Source: an uncultured Candidatus Saccharibacteria bacterium (GTDB taxonomy: Bacteria > Patescibacteriota > Minisyncoccia > Phycocordibacterales > CALRHW01). Taken from it: a DNA stretch of 64,000 nt. Position numbers and translations under genes: made by a program. Positions 49,158 through 57,992 of the stretch are shown here, piece after piece. Numbering within the stretch: the stretch's first letter is position 1; each line of letters opens with the position of its first letter. The notes under the pieces are model-generated. The model saw nothing but the letters and a program-made list of their open reading frames with translations. It had not been told where the DNA came from and searched no databases. The stretch is taken from positions 164,273 to 228,272 of the forward strand of contig CAYOUG010000001.1 of the NCBI GenBank assembly GCA_964407105.1. The letters are read 5' to 3'.

Positions 49158-49718
49158 ATGGCACGTTCAAAGTCTGAAAAACTCATGAACCCGGCGACAG
49201 AATTGGAAATCGGAGAGGTGGAAGCAGTGGACACTTTTGTTTTGAAAGGAGACTCTTTCATTACGATCAGAGAGGGAAAACAGACCTCGACGATGGTGGC
49301 TTCCATCGACCCCTTTTTTATGAGTCGATTTTTTACGAAGACCCCAAATGCGGATCATGCCATGGTGGTTGTCAAACCACCAACATTGAAACGAAGGTTT
49401 CAGTGCACCGGCTTGAAGCGATACGACCATGGAAGGTACGTGGTTGCGAGCGAGGTGATTCGCGAGTTGGGTGGGGAAGCAAAGGTCGCAATAACTCCAG
49501 CGGAGTTTTGTCACTTTCTGGCGTCCCAATCCGATGATTTTAGGTTCAAGAATCGCGTTTGTTTTATGAGGGACACAAGTGGTGTTCTTCAGGAGGTTTA
49601 TGTGAGTTACTACCAACATGGTTCTCTAGCTGGTCTTCATATCAGCGCCAACCTCATCAATTGCGGTCGATGGTCTGAGGGAACACGTTTGGTTTTCCCT
49701 CGTGCCAAAGGAAAGTGA
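49158..49718 (+). CDS. hypothetical protein in a GC-rich islet
   Basis: GAAAGGAAAAG ribosome-binding site; GC-rich codon usage unlike the flanking ruvB and pilB; no recognisable motif. Confidence 0.5.
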   Translation: MARSKSEKLMNPATELEIGEVEAVDTFVLKGDSFITIREGKQTSTMVASIDPFFMSRFFTKTPNADHAMVVVKPPTLKRRFQCTGLKRYDHGRYVVASEVIRELGGEAKVAITPAEFCHFLASQSDDFRFKNRVCFMRDTSGVLQEVYVSYYQHGSLAGLHISANLINCGRWSEGTRLVFPRAKGK

Positions 49719-49750
49719 TTCAATACACGAGATCCCTGATCGTTCTCTAT

Positions 49751-49790
49751 GGTCCTCGTTTGCTTAGGCAGACCGAGGACCATTTTTTTT
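49751..49790 (+). terminator. GC-rich intrinsic terminator
   Basis: GGTCCTCG-tttgcttaggcagac-CGAGGACC followed by TTTTTTTT. Confidence 0.75.
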
Positions 49791-50204
49791 ATTTAATTAT
49801 TTCACTTGACATTTTAGACAATGTATGATACATTTATGGGGAACTTGAAATATGGCGGTGTCAAACGATCAAAGACAGACAGTCCTTGATTTTTTTCTCG
49901 CCTTGGGTAATATATGAGACTCCCACTTTATGGGGTACTCCTTTGTCAATCCAAGATATAAATCTCTAAGCAACGAGGCCTTACGGCCTAGTAAGATTTC
50001 TTCAGAGGACATTCTGGTTACCACCTTGTGTGGTTTGCTGGGGTTATCCTATGTGAAATGTTTAACTTTTGGTACGAATATTAAAAGTGTTGCTTAGAGA
50101 TTTATGTCTTTGATTGTTTTAAAAACAATTCATCTCTACTAGTCTAATTATTCATAGGAAAAGAGTTTCTGCAATCTTGTAAAACAAAAAATCTGTTTCT
50201 TAAT

Positions 50205-50236
50205 ACAAAAAACACTCGAGCTTGAGTGTTTTTTGT
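50205..50236. terminator. terminator hairpin downstream of pilB
   Basis: AAAAAACACTCGAG-ct-TGAGTGTTTTTTG. Confidence 0.6.
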
Positions 50237-50237
50237 A

Positions 50238-51914
50238 TTATTTATCTTCTTCTAGATCTACAACACGCTGTAATTCTTCAATAGAAGTGATTCCCTGTAA
50301 TACTTTTATAATTCCATCTTGTTGCATGTCTAAAAGGTGCTGTGGAGCGGCTGCTTTTTTGATTTCTCTTTCACTTGGATTGTATTGCACCACTTTTTCT
50401 ATTTCCTCATCTGTTTTTATTGCCTCATAAACACCAATACGTCCACGATAACCAGTAAAATTACATTTATTGCATCCTTTTGCTTCCCAAATCATACTCA
50501 AATCAATACCATCAAGATACGTTTTGTCTTCTATACCTCCAATAATTTTTTCTAATATTTCTTTTTCTTTACCCTCGAGTTTTTTTTGCGCTTTGCAATC
50601 AACGCAAAGTTTTCTTACTAAGCGTTGAGCCATACAGATACTAATTGCTGATGTAATCACTTTTGGATTTACACCAAGATCGATGAGGCGAGGGAATGCT
50701 CCAGCTGCGTTGTTGGTGTGAAGTGTGGAAAACACCAAATGTCCGGTAAGCGCCGCGTTTACTGCTATTTCTGCGGTTTCGTTGTCGCGAATTTCTCCCA
50801 CCATTATGACGTCTGGGTCTTGGCGAAGCGCTGAACGCAGGCCCTCGAGAAATGTGTAGTCTTCGGTGGTTTGTGTTTGCACAATTCCCGGCAAATGATA
50901 TTCAATCGGATTTTCAATTGTAATAATTTTAATATCTGATGAATGAATTTTTTTCAGAAATGCGTAGAGTGTGGTGGTTTTTCCGGAGCCGGTTGGACCT
51001 GTGTTTAAAATCATACCGTTTGGTTTGCTGATTTCATTTTGTAATACAGAAAGAAGTCGTGGATGAATACCAAGCTCTTCTAGGGGAACAGAAATTGCTT
51101 TTGGATTAAGCACGCGCAAAACAATTGAGTCGTTATATGCGCCCGGTAAAAGGGAAGTACGAATTTCAATTTCATCTCCTTCGAGTTTGATACTAAAACG
51201 TCCATCTTGTGCTTTTCCTTTTATATTTAGTTTTAAGTTTGAAAGCAGTTTTATACGAGACAAAATGAGATTGTAGGTGTCTGTATCAAATCGAATAATA
51301 TCGGTAAGCACACCGTCGAGACGATAACGCAAACGCACATATGCTTCTTCTGGCTCAACGTGTATGTCTGAGGCTTTTTGGGCCAGTGCTCCAGCAAGAA
51401 TTGTTTCAAGAATGCGAGAAATACGGTATGCTTTTTTTTCTGCAAGACCCTCCTCTAAAAGTTTTTGAAGTTCGTCGAGCGTTGTTACTTTTTCAAGTAA
51501 GGCAATAATACCTTCGTTTGAAAGATCAAGTGCTCCACCTTTTGTTTCCATTGACATTGAAAGATCTTTGTAACGATCCCACACTTTTTTTAGACTTTCT
51601 GGTGACACAAGATAGATTATTGGGATGTATCCTTTTTCTGTGAGTGCGGCGATAGCGTTTTTTGTTTGTTCTGTACTTGGAGAAAGTACACCAACGTGAA
51701 GTTTTTTGTCTACAATATTAAAAACTGCTATTTGTGCGGCGATAGCATCTTCTTCTTTTAGAACACGAAGAGCGTCTATGTTTACTGGCACAAGCGCAAG
51801 ATCAAGATAAGGGAGTTCATATTTTTCTGAAAGTACTTCGGTGAGATTTTCTGCTTCGTGACGCTTAAGTTCTTCTAGTCGTTCGTTTTGTTTTTCTTCA
51901 TTAAATTGAACCAT
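50238..51914 (-). CDS. pilB: type IV pilus assembly / type II secretion ATPase PilB/GspE family
   Basis: N-terminal GSPII domain, Walker A GPTGSGKTTT, Asp/His boxes, C-terminal CxxC..CxxC zinc site (CVDC..CNKC). Confidence 0.85.
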   Translation of the reverse strand: MVQFNEEKQNERLEELKRHEAENLTEVLSEKYELPYLDLALVPVNIDALRVLKEEDAIAAQIAVFNIVDKKLHVGVLSPSTEQTKNAIAALTEKGYIPIIYLVSPESLKKVWDRYKDLSMSMETKGGALDLSNEGIIALLEKVTTLDELQKLLEEGLAEKKAYRISRILETILAGALAQKASDIHVEPEEAYVRLRYRLDGVLTDIIRFDTDTYNLILSRIKLLSNLKLNIKGKAQDGRFSIKLEGDEIEIRTSLLPGAYNDSIVLRVLNPKAISVPLEELGIHPRLLSVLQNEISKPNGMILNTGPTGSGKTTTLYAFLKKIHSSDIKIITIENPIEYHLPGIVQTQTTEDYTFLEGLRSALRQDPDVIMVGEIRDNETAEIAVNAALTGHLVFSTLHTNNAAGAFPRLIDLGVNPKVITSAISICMAQRLVRKLCVDCKAQKKLEGKEKEILEKIIGGIEDKTYLDGIDLSMIWEAKGCNKCNFTGYRGRIGVYEAIKTDEEIEKVVQYNPSEREIKKAAAPQHLLDMQQDGIIKVLQGITSIEELQRVVDLEEDK

Positions 51915-52002
51915 GGTGTATTTATACTAACATTTTCGGTGAGTGTTACACACGTGTGGTGTGGAAAGGTTTTGCTTTTAAGGTAGTATTTATTAGCTAG
52001 TA

Positions 52003-52031
52003 TTGACTTTTATTCTTCATTGTGCTATAAT
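52003..52031 (+). promoter_or_regulatory. sigma70-like promoter for the GC-rich lipoprotein gene
   Basis: TTGACT, 17-nt spacer, TATAAT, about 65 nt upstream of the ATG; AAAGGAGGG ribosome-binding site. Confidence 0.55.
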
Positions 52032-52097
52032 AGAAAAGGATGAAGTGAGGAATGTTTCCTGCTTCAAATACAGAAATTCCGCCCAAAGGAGGGCATC

Positions 52098-52430
52098 ATG
52101 ACAACTCGATCGAACATTATCAAACTCGCAGTTCTCACCTTCGTCGCGATGCTCCTCGGTGGAGCGTTTGGCGGATGTGGTCCTCAACGGACCACGTCGA
52201 TTGAGACTGTGGTTAACCCCGACGGTTCAACCACGGTCCACAAGTACAAGACGGTTGTCGAGGGAGGGAGCGGAATGTTCGCCCCCGTCCACATCAACCG
52301 ATACTCGTCCCCCGGATATGTTCGGGGGCGATACGTGGAATGGGGTACGGAGAATCGCGGGGTTGCTTATCACAGCTTCGGGCTCAACGAGCCCCACAAG
52401 CACGTGTATGGCAACAACTGCAACAAGTGA
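52098..52430 (+). CDS. small putative lipoprotein in a GC-rich islet
   Basis: Signal peptide ending ..LLGGAFGGC (lipobox-like); GC-rich codons; own promoter and terminator. Confidence 0.55.
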   Translation: MTTRSNIIKLAVLTFVAMLLGGAFGGCGPQRTTSIETVVNPDGSTTVHKYKTVVEGGSGMFAPVHINRYSSPGYVRGRYVEWGTENRGVAYHSFGLNEPHKHVYGNNCNK

Positions 52431-52627
52431 ATGATGAAGTGTATACCACAACATCATCACAACGCGCGCTTAACCTTTCGAGGTTTGGCGCGTTTTTTCT
52501 TGTGTGTATACGTATTTTTTTTAATAATTTAAATATTGACTGTCGATATAATTTATGTTAGTATTGTGGAAGATTAAACAGCAGAAATTTTTTCAGCTGT
52601 TTCCGCAAAGCCAACAGAAAGGAAGTT

Positions 52628-53020
52628 ATGAAGCTCTTTGGAATTGTTGCTGCGGCGATGGTTGCAGCTGTGTCATGTGGTGCGTTGGCTGAGACGATTA
52701 CGCGTACCGAGTACGCTGGTGGGCCGGTCATGACGTACACCAACGGTGTGCTCACGCATGTCAACGGTATGAGTGTGCCACCACCCGCACCTCCGCCAGC
52801 CCCCGTTGTGCAGACGCAGGTTGTGGTGGTGCAACAGTATGCCCCGCCTCCGCAGGTGGTGTGTGTCGAACGGCCACGCGTGGTCTTTCGGTACTACCAC
52901 CAGCCGACGTACTGCGCACCGGTGGTGCATGTGCGTTCGTGTGAATCACGGGTGAATGTTGGCCTTTCAGTCGGCATTCGTTTCGGTGGTGGACACGATC
53001 ACTTTCACCCTTGCCGCTAG
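52628..53020 (+). CDS. small secreted Pro-rich, Cys/His-containing protein in a GC-rich islet
   Basis: Signal peptide (..CGALA/ETI), PPPAPPPAP linker, four Cys and GGGHDHFHPC at the C-terminus; own promoter-like TTGACT..TAGTAT and AAAGGAAG ribosome-binding site. Confidence 0.55.
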   Translation: MKLFGIVAAAMVAAVSCGALAETITRTEYAGGPVMTYTNGVLTHVNGMSVPPPAPPPAPVVQTQVVVVQQYAPPPQVVCVERPRVVFRYYHQPTYCAPVVHVRSCESRVNVGLSVGIRFGGGHDHFHPCR

Positions 53021-53085
53021 ACGTTTGCATCTCTCTTGGGGTGCGCACGCGTCAGATCTTTATGGTCTGACGCGTTTTCTTTTAC

Positions 53086-53158
53086 AAAATTTGTTGTAAC
53101 CCCCCACCCAACACTCTCTCACTAAAGCGCTTCGCTAACCCGTTCGAGAGTGTTGGGT
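53086..53158. repeat. exceptionally long perfect hairpin (23-bp GC-rich stem, 27-nt loop) upstream of tsaE
   Basis: GTAACCCCCCACCCAACACTCTC ... GAGAGTGTTGGGTGGGGGGTTAC; loop contains TCGCTAACCCGTTCGAG, similar to the loop at 6251-6268. Confidence 0.7.
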
Positions 53159-53172
53159 GGGGGGTTACACCC

Positions 53173-53703
53173 TTGATGAAAGATTGTTTTGTGTGGGTTT
53201 TAGGCGACCAGCTGTGCTACTATAGTCGCATGATTACTACCACAAGTCTGACAGAAACATACGTGGTTGCGGCGGATTTTGTACAAAAAATTATCAAAAT
53301 TCCCCAACAAATTTCTGATAATAATTCTTTATCTAATGCTATTGTTGTTGGTTTTTATGGAGATTTAGGTGCAGGAAAAACAGCTTTCATACAAGGTATA
53401 GCAAAAGCGTTGGGTGTAGAATCTCAGGTGGTGAGTCCTACGTTTGTGTTAGAAAAAATATATAAACTTAATGCGAGTATGCAGGAAAGATTTACACACC
53501 TTGTGCACATTGATGCGTATCGTATGGATGATCCAAAAGAACTTGTGCATATTGGCTGGCACGATCTTCTTAAAGATTCGCGAAACCTTATTTGTATTGA
53601 ATGGCCAGAACGTGTTGCATCAGAAATGCCACAAAATCATATTCACATCACTTGTGGTTTCGTTGACGACACAACTCATACTTACGATATTCAATTATCA
53701 TGA
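53173..53703 (+). CDS. tsaE: tRNA threonylcarbamoyladenosine biosynthesis protein TsaE
   Basis: P-loop GDLGAGKTAF and TsaE-like length; alternative start 53230. Confidence 0.8.
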   Translation: MMKDCFVWVLGDQLCYYSRMITTTSLTETYVVAADFVQKIIKIPQQISDNNSLSNAIVVGFYGDLGAGKTAFIQGIAKALGVESQVVSPTFVLEKIYKLNASMQERFTHLVHIDAYRMDDPKELVHIGWHDLLKDSRNLICIEWPERVASEMPQNHIHITCGFVDDTTHTYDIQLS

Positions 53704-56240
53704 CTTCTGCTATACAAAAAGAAAAAACGAAAACCCGCATCAGTGGTGAACAAAAAAAAGTTGTACTACTCGATGTGCATGCAATAATTCATCGCGCTTA
53801 TCATGCGTTGCCTGATTTTTCATCTGCGAAAGGTGAGCCCACTGGTGCGCTTTATGGTTTGTGCACAATGCTTCTAAAAATCGCAGGTGAACTTTCTCCA
53901 GATTATGTAGTGGCGTGTTATGATCTTCCAGAAAAAACACATCGACACGAAGTGTACGAAGCGTACAAAGGTACACGTAAGAAAATTGACGATGCGCTTA
54001 TTGCGCAGATTATACGTTCTCGAGATATTTTTACAGCGTTTAATATTCCTATCTATGCATGTCCGGGTTTTGAAGCAGATGATGTGCTTGGTACTATTGC
54101 AGAACATTTAAAAAAGGGGGACGCAACGGTGGGTGATGATAAAAAAGTTGATGTTAATGTAAGTGTGATTATTGCTTCTGGTGATATGGATACGCTTCAG
54201 CTTGTTGATGATAAAAAAGTGCAAGTTTACACTTTGCGAAAAGGAATTAAAGACACGGTGCTTTATGACGAAGAGGCGGTGTGTGAGCGTTTTGGTTTTG
54301 CGCCAATACTTTTGCCAGATTTTAAAGGACTTCGTGGAGACCCCTCAGATAATATTATTGGCATCAAAGGTATTGGAGAAAAAACCGCGACAACACTTAT
54401 TACAACATTTGGCTCGATAGAAAAAATGTATGAGGCGCTTGCTAAAGGTGATGCGTCATTTAAAGAAGCTGGAATTACTCCGAGAATTATTGATTTGTTG
54501 CGAGCAGGAAAAGAAGAGGCGATGTTTTCAAAAACACTTGCAACGATTCGTCGTGATGCACCGATAGATTTTTCTTTGCCAGAACAAACATGGAAAGAAT
54601 CGCTCTCGCAAAATGGCTCACATATTGCGATACTCAGTGCTCTTTTTGCAGAACTAGATTTTCGTTCAATGATGGGTCGTGTGGAAGAAGTGTTGCTTGG
54701 GAAAAAGCCTCTCAAGCAGAGCAGTTTGCTTGGTGTGGACAATGAGAGTGGATTGGGTGCGGCGGGAGCGGCAGAGGGCGTGGGCGTAAGCGCGGGCACG
54801 GTAGCGCTCCCGCCGCATGAACAAAAGCTTCTTTCTCTTGCCCTGTGGATTATTGATTCAAATATTTCAAATCCCACAACAGAAGATATTTTGCGCTTTG
54901 CACACACCGACTCACTCGTTGTCGCACAAAAAATGATTTTCTCCGAACTTGAAAAACGCGGTCTTTTGAAAGTATTTAAAGAAATTGAAGAGCCGCTCAT
55001 TGCCGTGATAGATGGAATGCAAACTCGAGGGATAAAAGTAGATACGAAATATTTAAAAACACTTTCGCAGGAGTATCATGCACGTCTCAAAGATCTTGAG
55101 AAAAATATTTACAAAGAAGCGGGAGGGGAGTTTAATATCAACTCACCAAAACAAATGGGCGAGATTCTTTTCGATAAACTCGGCCTCTCTGTGAAAGGAC
55201 AAAAGAAAACTGCGGGCGGTGCAAAATCTACGCGCGAAAGTGAGCTTGAAAAAATGATTGATATTCATCCAATCATCAAACACATTCTCACATATCGGAT
55301 GCTTCAAAAACTCGTTTCTACATACATCGACACGTTACCCACAATGCTTGCGGAAGACGGACGCCTACACACCACCTTTGAACAAACAGGCACCACCACC
55401 GGCCGTATGTCTTCCAACAATCCCAACCTTCAAAATATTCCTATCAAAACAGAAGAAGGTCGTCGCATCCGAAATGCTTTTGTAAGCGAGCGAGGTTTCA
55501 AACTCGTCACCTTCGACTATTCTCAAATCGAACTTCGCATCGCAGCATTTCTTTCTGGCGATCAAAAACTAATTGAAATTTTTACATCCGGCGGAGACAT
55601 TCATGAAGCGGTGGCGTCGCAAGTGTTTGGTGTACCGCGCGAAAAAGTGGATAGGGAAATGCGCCGCAGGGCGAAAGTTATCAACTTCGGCATTCTTTAT
55701 GGTATGGGAGTAAATGCTTTGCGTGCAAATTTAAGTGAAGGCGTAGCAAAGGGTTCTGAAGTTTCCCGCGAAGAAGCGCAGCGTTTTTTTGACGAATATT
55801 TTAATACATTCACCGGTCTCGCACAGTATTTAGAAAATGTAAAAGCGAGCGCAAAAAAGACCGGCTACACAGAAACATTTTTCGGTCGTCGTAGATATTT
55901 TCCGCAGATAAAATCTAAGCTTCCATACATTGTGGCGGCAAATGAGCGCATGGCTATCAACGCTCCGATACAAGGCACAGCAGCGGATGTGATCAAGCTT
56001 TCTATGATTCACATTCACGACTACATTAAAAAAGAAGGTTTGGAGAACGATGTGTTTCTCTTGCTTCAGGTGCACGATGAACTTGTGTTTGAAATTCGTG
56101 AAGATGCTGTGAAAAAAGTGTTGCCGGAGCTTGAGCGTATTATGCAAAGCGTGCTTACTCCTACGCAAATGCGTGGCGTGCCTTTAAAAGTAAATGGTAA
56201 ATTGGGGGACAATTGGGGCGAGACTGAAGAGATCAAATAA
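53700..56240 (+). CDS. polA: DNA polymerase I (5'-3' exonuclease plus polymerase domains)
   Basis: FEN motifs in the N-terminal domain; motif A DYSQIELR, motif B RRAKVINFGILYG, motif C LLQVHDELVFE; contains an in-frame GC-rich palindromic insertion in the inter-domain linker. Confidence 0.9.
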   Translation: MTSAIQKEKTKTRISGEQKKVVLLDVHAIIHRAYHALPDFSSAKGEPTGALYGLCTMLLKIAGELSPDYVVACYDLPEKTHRHEVYEAYKGTRKKIDDALIAQIIRSRDIFTAFNIPIYACPGFEADDVLGTIAEHLKKGDATVGDDKKVDVNVSVIIASGDMDTLQLVDDKKVQVYTLRKGIKDTVLYDEEAVCERFGFAPILLPDFKGLRGDPSDNIIGIKGIGEKTATTLITTFGSIEKMYEALAKGDASFKEAGITPRIIDLLRAGKEEAMFSKTLATIRRDAPIDFSLPEQTWKESLSQNGSHIAILSALFAELDFRSMMGRVEEVLLGKKPLKQSSLLGVDNESGLGAAGAAEGVGVSAGTVALPPHEQKLLSLALWIIDSNISNPTTEDILRFAHTDSLVVAQKMIFSELEKRGLLKVFKEIEEPLIAVIDGMQTRGIKVDTKYLKTLSQEYHARLKDLEKNIYKEAGGEFNINSPKQMGEILFDKLGLSVKGQKKTAGGAKSTRESELEKMIDIHPIIKHILTYRMLQKLVSTYIDTLPTMLAEDGRLHTTFEQTGTTTGRMSSNNPNLQNIPIKTEEGRRIRNAFVSERGFKLVTFDYSQIELRIAAFLSGDQKLIEIFTSGGDIHEAVASQVFGVPREKVDREMRRRAKVINFGILYGMGVNALRANLSEGVAKGSEVSREEAQRFFDEYFNTFTGLAQYLENVKASAKKTGYTETFFGRRRYFPQIKSKLPYIVAANERMAINAPIQGTAADVIKLSMIHIHDYIKKEGLENDVFLLLQVHDELVFEIREDAVKKVLPELERIMQSVLTPTQMRGVPLKVNGKLGDNWGETEEIK
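54759..54815 (+). repeat. in-frame GC-rich palindromic insertion within polA (57 bp, 19 codons; encodes AAGAAEGVGVSAGTVALPP)
   Basis: 11-bp terminal inverted repeat GCGGCGGGAGC / GCTCCCGCCGC; codon usage foreign to the rest of polA. Confidence 0.6.
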
Positions 56241-56256
56241 TTTTTACACAATATTT

Positions 56257-56976
56257 ATGCTCTACTTTCTCTACGGCACAGATTCAAAAAAAGCTCGCAA
56301 CAAACTTCACGAGCTGCTCGAAACGCTTCAAAAGAAAAAACCGGATGCGAGCGTTTTTCGTATAGAAGCAGAGCAGTGGAACGCGGCACAATTTGAAGAA
56401 TTGCTCAGCGGACAAGGACTTTTTTCAAACAAATATATTGTGGTACTTGATCGCGTGTTTGAAAATACGGAAGCAAAAGAATATATTGTAGACTCTCTAA
56501 AAAAAGTTGCGGAGTCTGACAATGTTTTTATTTTTATTGAAGGTAAGATAGACGTCGCGACGCTCAAGAAGATCGAAAAGCATGCACAGAAAACGCAGGA
56601 ATTTGAAGAGAAAAAAAATGCGCCAGCCGCGCAAGCATTTAATATGTTTTCTCTCACCGATGCGTTTGGTACGCGCGATAAAAAAAAGTTGTGGGTGCTT
56701 TATCAGCAGGCAATTGCTTCGGGTGCACAGCCAGAAGAAATTCACGGCATTTTATTTTGGCAACTCAAAAGTATGATCGTGGCATCGGAAGCGGGGAGTG
56801 CTGAAGCTGCGGGCCTGAAGCCCTTTGTGTATCAAAAGTCGCGCGGGTTTGCTGCAAAATTTTCTCCTGCCGAACTACGCTCTATGTCCAGTGCTTTCAT
56901 CGACATCTACCACAACGCTCGCCGCGGAATATGTGACATGGACATTGCGCTTGAGAAGTTTGTGTTGGGGTTATAG
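56257..56976 (+). CDS. holA: DNA polymerase III delta subunit-like protein
   Basis: N-terminal LYFLYGTD and overall HolA-like pattern; the longer ORF from 56194 overlaps polA. Confidence 0.6.
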   Translation: MLYFLYGTDSKKARNKLHELLETLQKKKPDASVFRIEAEQWNAAQFEELLSGQGLFSNKYIVVLDRVFENTEAKEYIVDSLKKVAESDNVFIFIEGKIDVATLKKIEKHAQKTQEFEEKKNAPAAQAFNMFSLTDAFGTRDKKKLWVLYQQAIASGAQPEEIHGILFWQLKSMIVASEAGSAEAAGLKPFVYQKSRGFAAKFSPAELRSMSSAFIDIYHNARRGICDMDIALEKFVLGL

Positions 56977-57082
56977 GACAATTTGAAATTACGTATTGTT
57001 GACTTATTTCTACCTCATGTTACCATCTTTGCTTGACGTGTTTTTGTGTTCGGGGGTTCATTTAACATCTTGGGAGTCTAGA

Positions 57083-57400
57083 ATGCTTAGCTTGGTGATC
57101 GAAGTGAGTCATGAATTGTTTCTTCGCGTCGAGGAACTGACGAATGCTGTGGTGAGGGCGGTCGTTGAGGCAACCGGAATCAACGCCGCCGATCTGTGGT
57201 TTTTTGTGAAGGGACCACCTGAACAAGATCTGGCTCCAAATGGGGTCATGATCAAGACGAGCGGTTGGTCGCAACAAACAGATTGGCTACAACAGCTTGA
57301 AAGAGCTGTCACGAACGCAATCAGCGGGATGGGCTTTCAACCGCAAAGGGTTGCGATGTGTCATTCGGTGGCATTGCGAAGCACGCTTTTTTCCCACTGA
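57083..57400 (+). CDS. small hypothetical protein in a GC-rich islet
   Basis: GGAG ribosome-binding site; GC-rich codons; followed by the GC-rich terminator CCGCCCG..CGGGCGG at 57432-57470. Confidence 0.45.
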   Translation: MLSLVIEVSHELFLRVEELTNAVVRAVVEATGINAADLWFFVKGPPEQDLAPNGVMIKTSGWSQQTDWLQQLERAVTNAISGMGFQPQRVAMCHSVALRSTLFSH

Positions 57401-57511
57401 ATCGATCCGATGATCAAAAAACAAAAAACGTCCCGCCCGCAGAAGTCGCACGACTCTCGGGCGGCTTTTGTTTTGTAAATTAAAAAACTGCTAAAAGCAG
57501 TTTTTTTCTAG

Positions 57512-57584
57512 TCCGCCCACCAGGACTCGAACCTGGGACCAAGTGCTTAAAAGGCACCTGCTCTACCAACTGAGCTATAGGCGG
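57512..57584 (-). tRNA. tRNA-Lys (anticodon UUU)
   Basis: Hand fold: D-arm GCTCAGTTGGTAGAGC, anticodon loop CTTTTAA, T-loop GGTTCGAGTCC; unusual 5' C1 paired to G72. Confidence 0.85.
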
Positions 57585-57626
57585 ATATCAAGAAAATATA
57601 CCAGAATTGGGTTAAAAGTCTATATC

Positions 57627-57992
57627 TTACAGAGGAATATCCATTGCAAAACCACCAGCGCCAGAAAAAAGAAGAGAGCAAGCAATAATTATTGTAAAAA
57701 TCGCAAGCCATTTTTCGTCGACACTGAGCGTGTCTTTGTGTGTTATTTTTTGCCACAACATGAATACCGTTAATACCATAACAACAAGCGACGCTATTTG
57801 TGTGTAAAATCCAACAATTATCATTATTCCGACAATTACAAAAATCCCAGCAATTGCGCGTTGTTTTTTGTTGTCTGTTTTTTTATATACAAACTGATAT
57901 GTGTTTATTAAAAAAATACCAAGTATTACGCGCAACAAAAGAGGGGACAAAAAGGCGCCGAGAAAAAATAGGTCTGGAAATGGATTAAGCAT
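57627..57992 (-). CDS. DoxX-like small membrane protein
   Basis: Four TM helices; LLLRVILGIFLI pattern. Confidence 0.45.
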   Translation of the reverse strand: MLNPFPDLFFLGAFLSPLLLRVILGIFLINTYQFVYKKTDNKKQRAIAGIFVIVGIMIIVGFYTQIASLVVMVLTVFMLWQKITHKDTLSVDEKWLAIFTIIIACSLLFSGAGGFAMDIPL

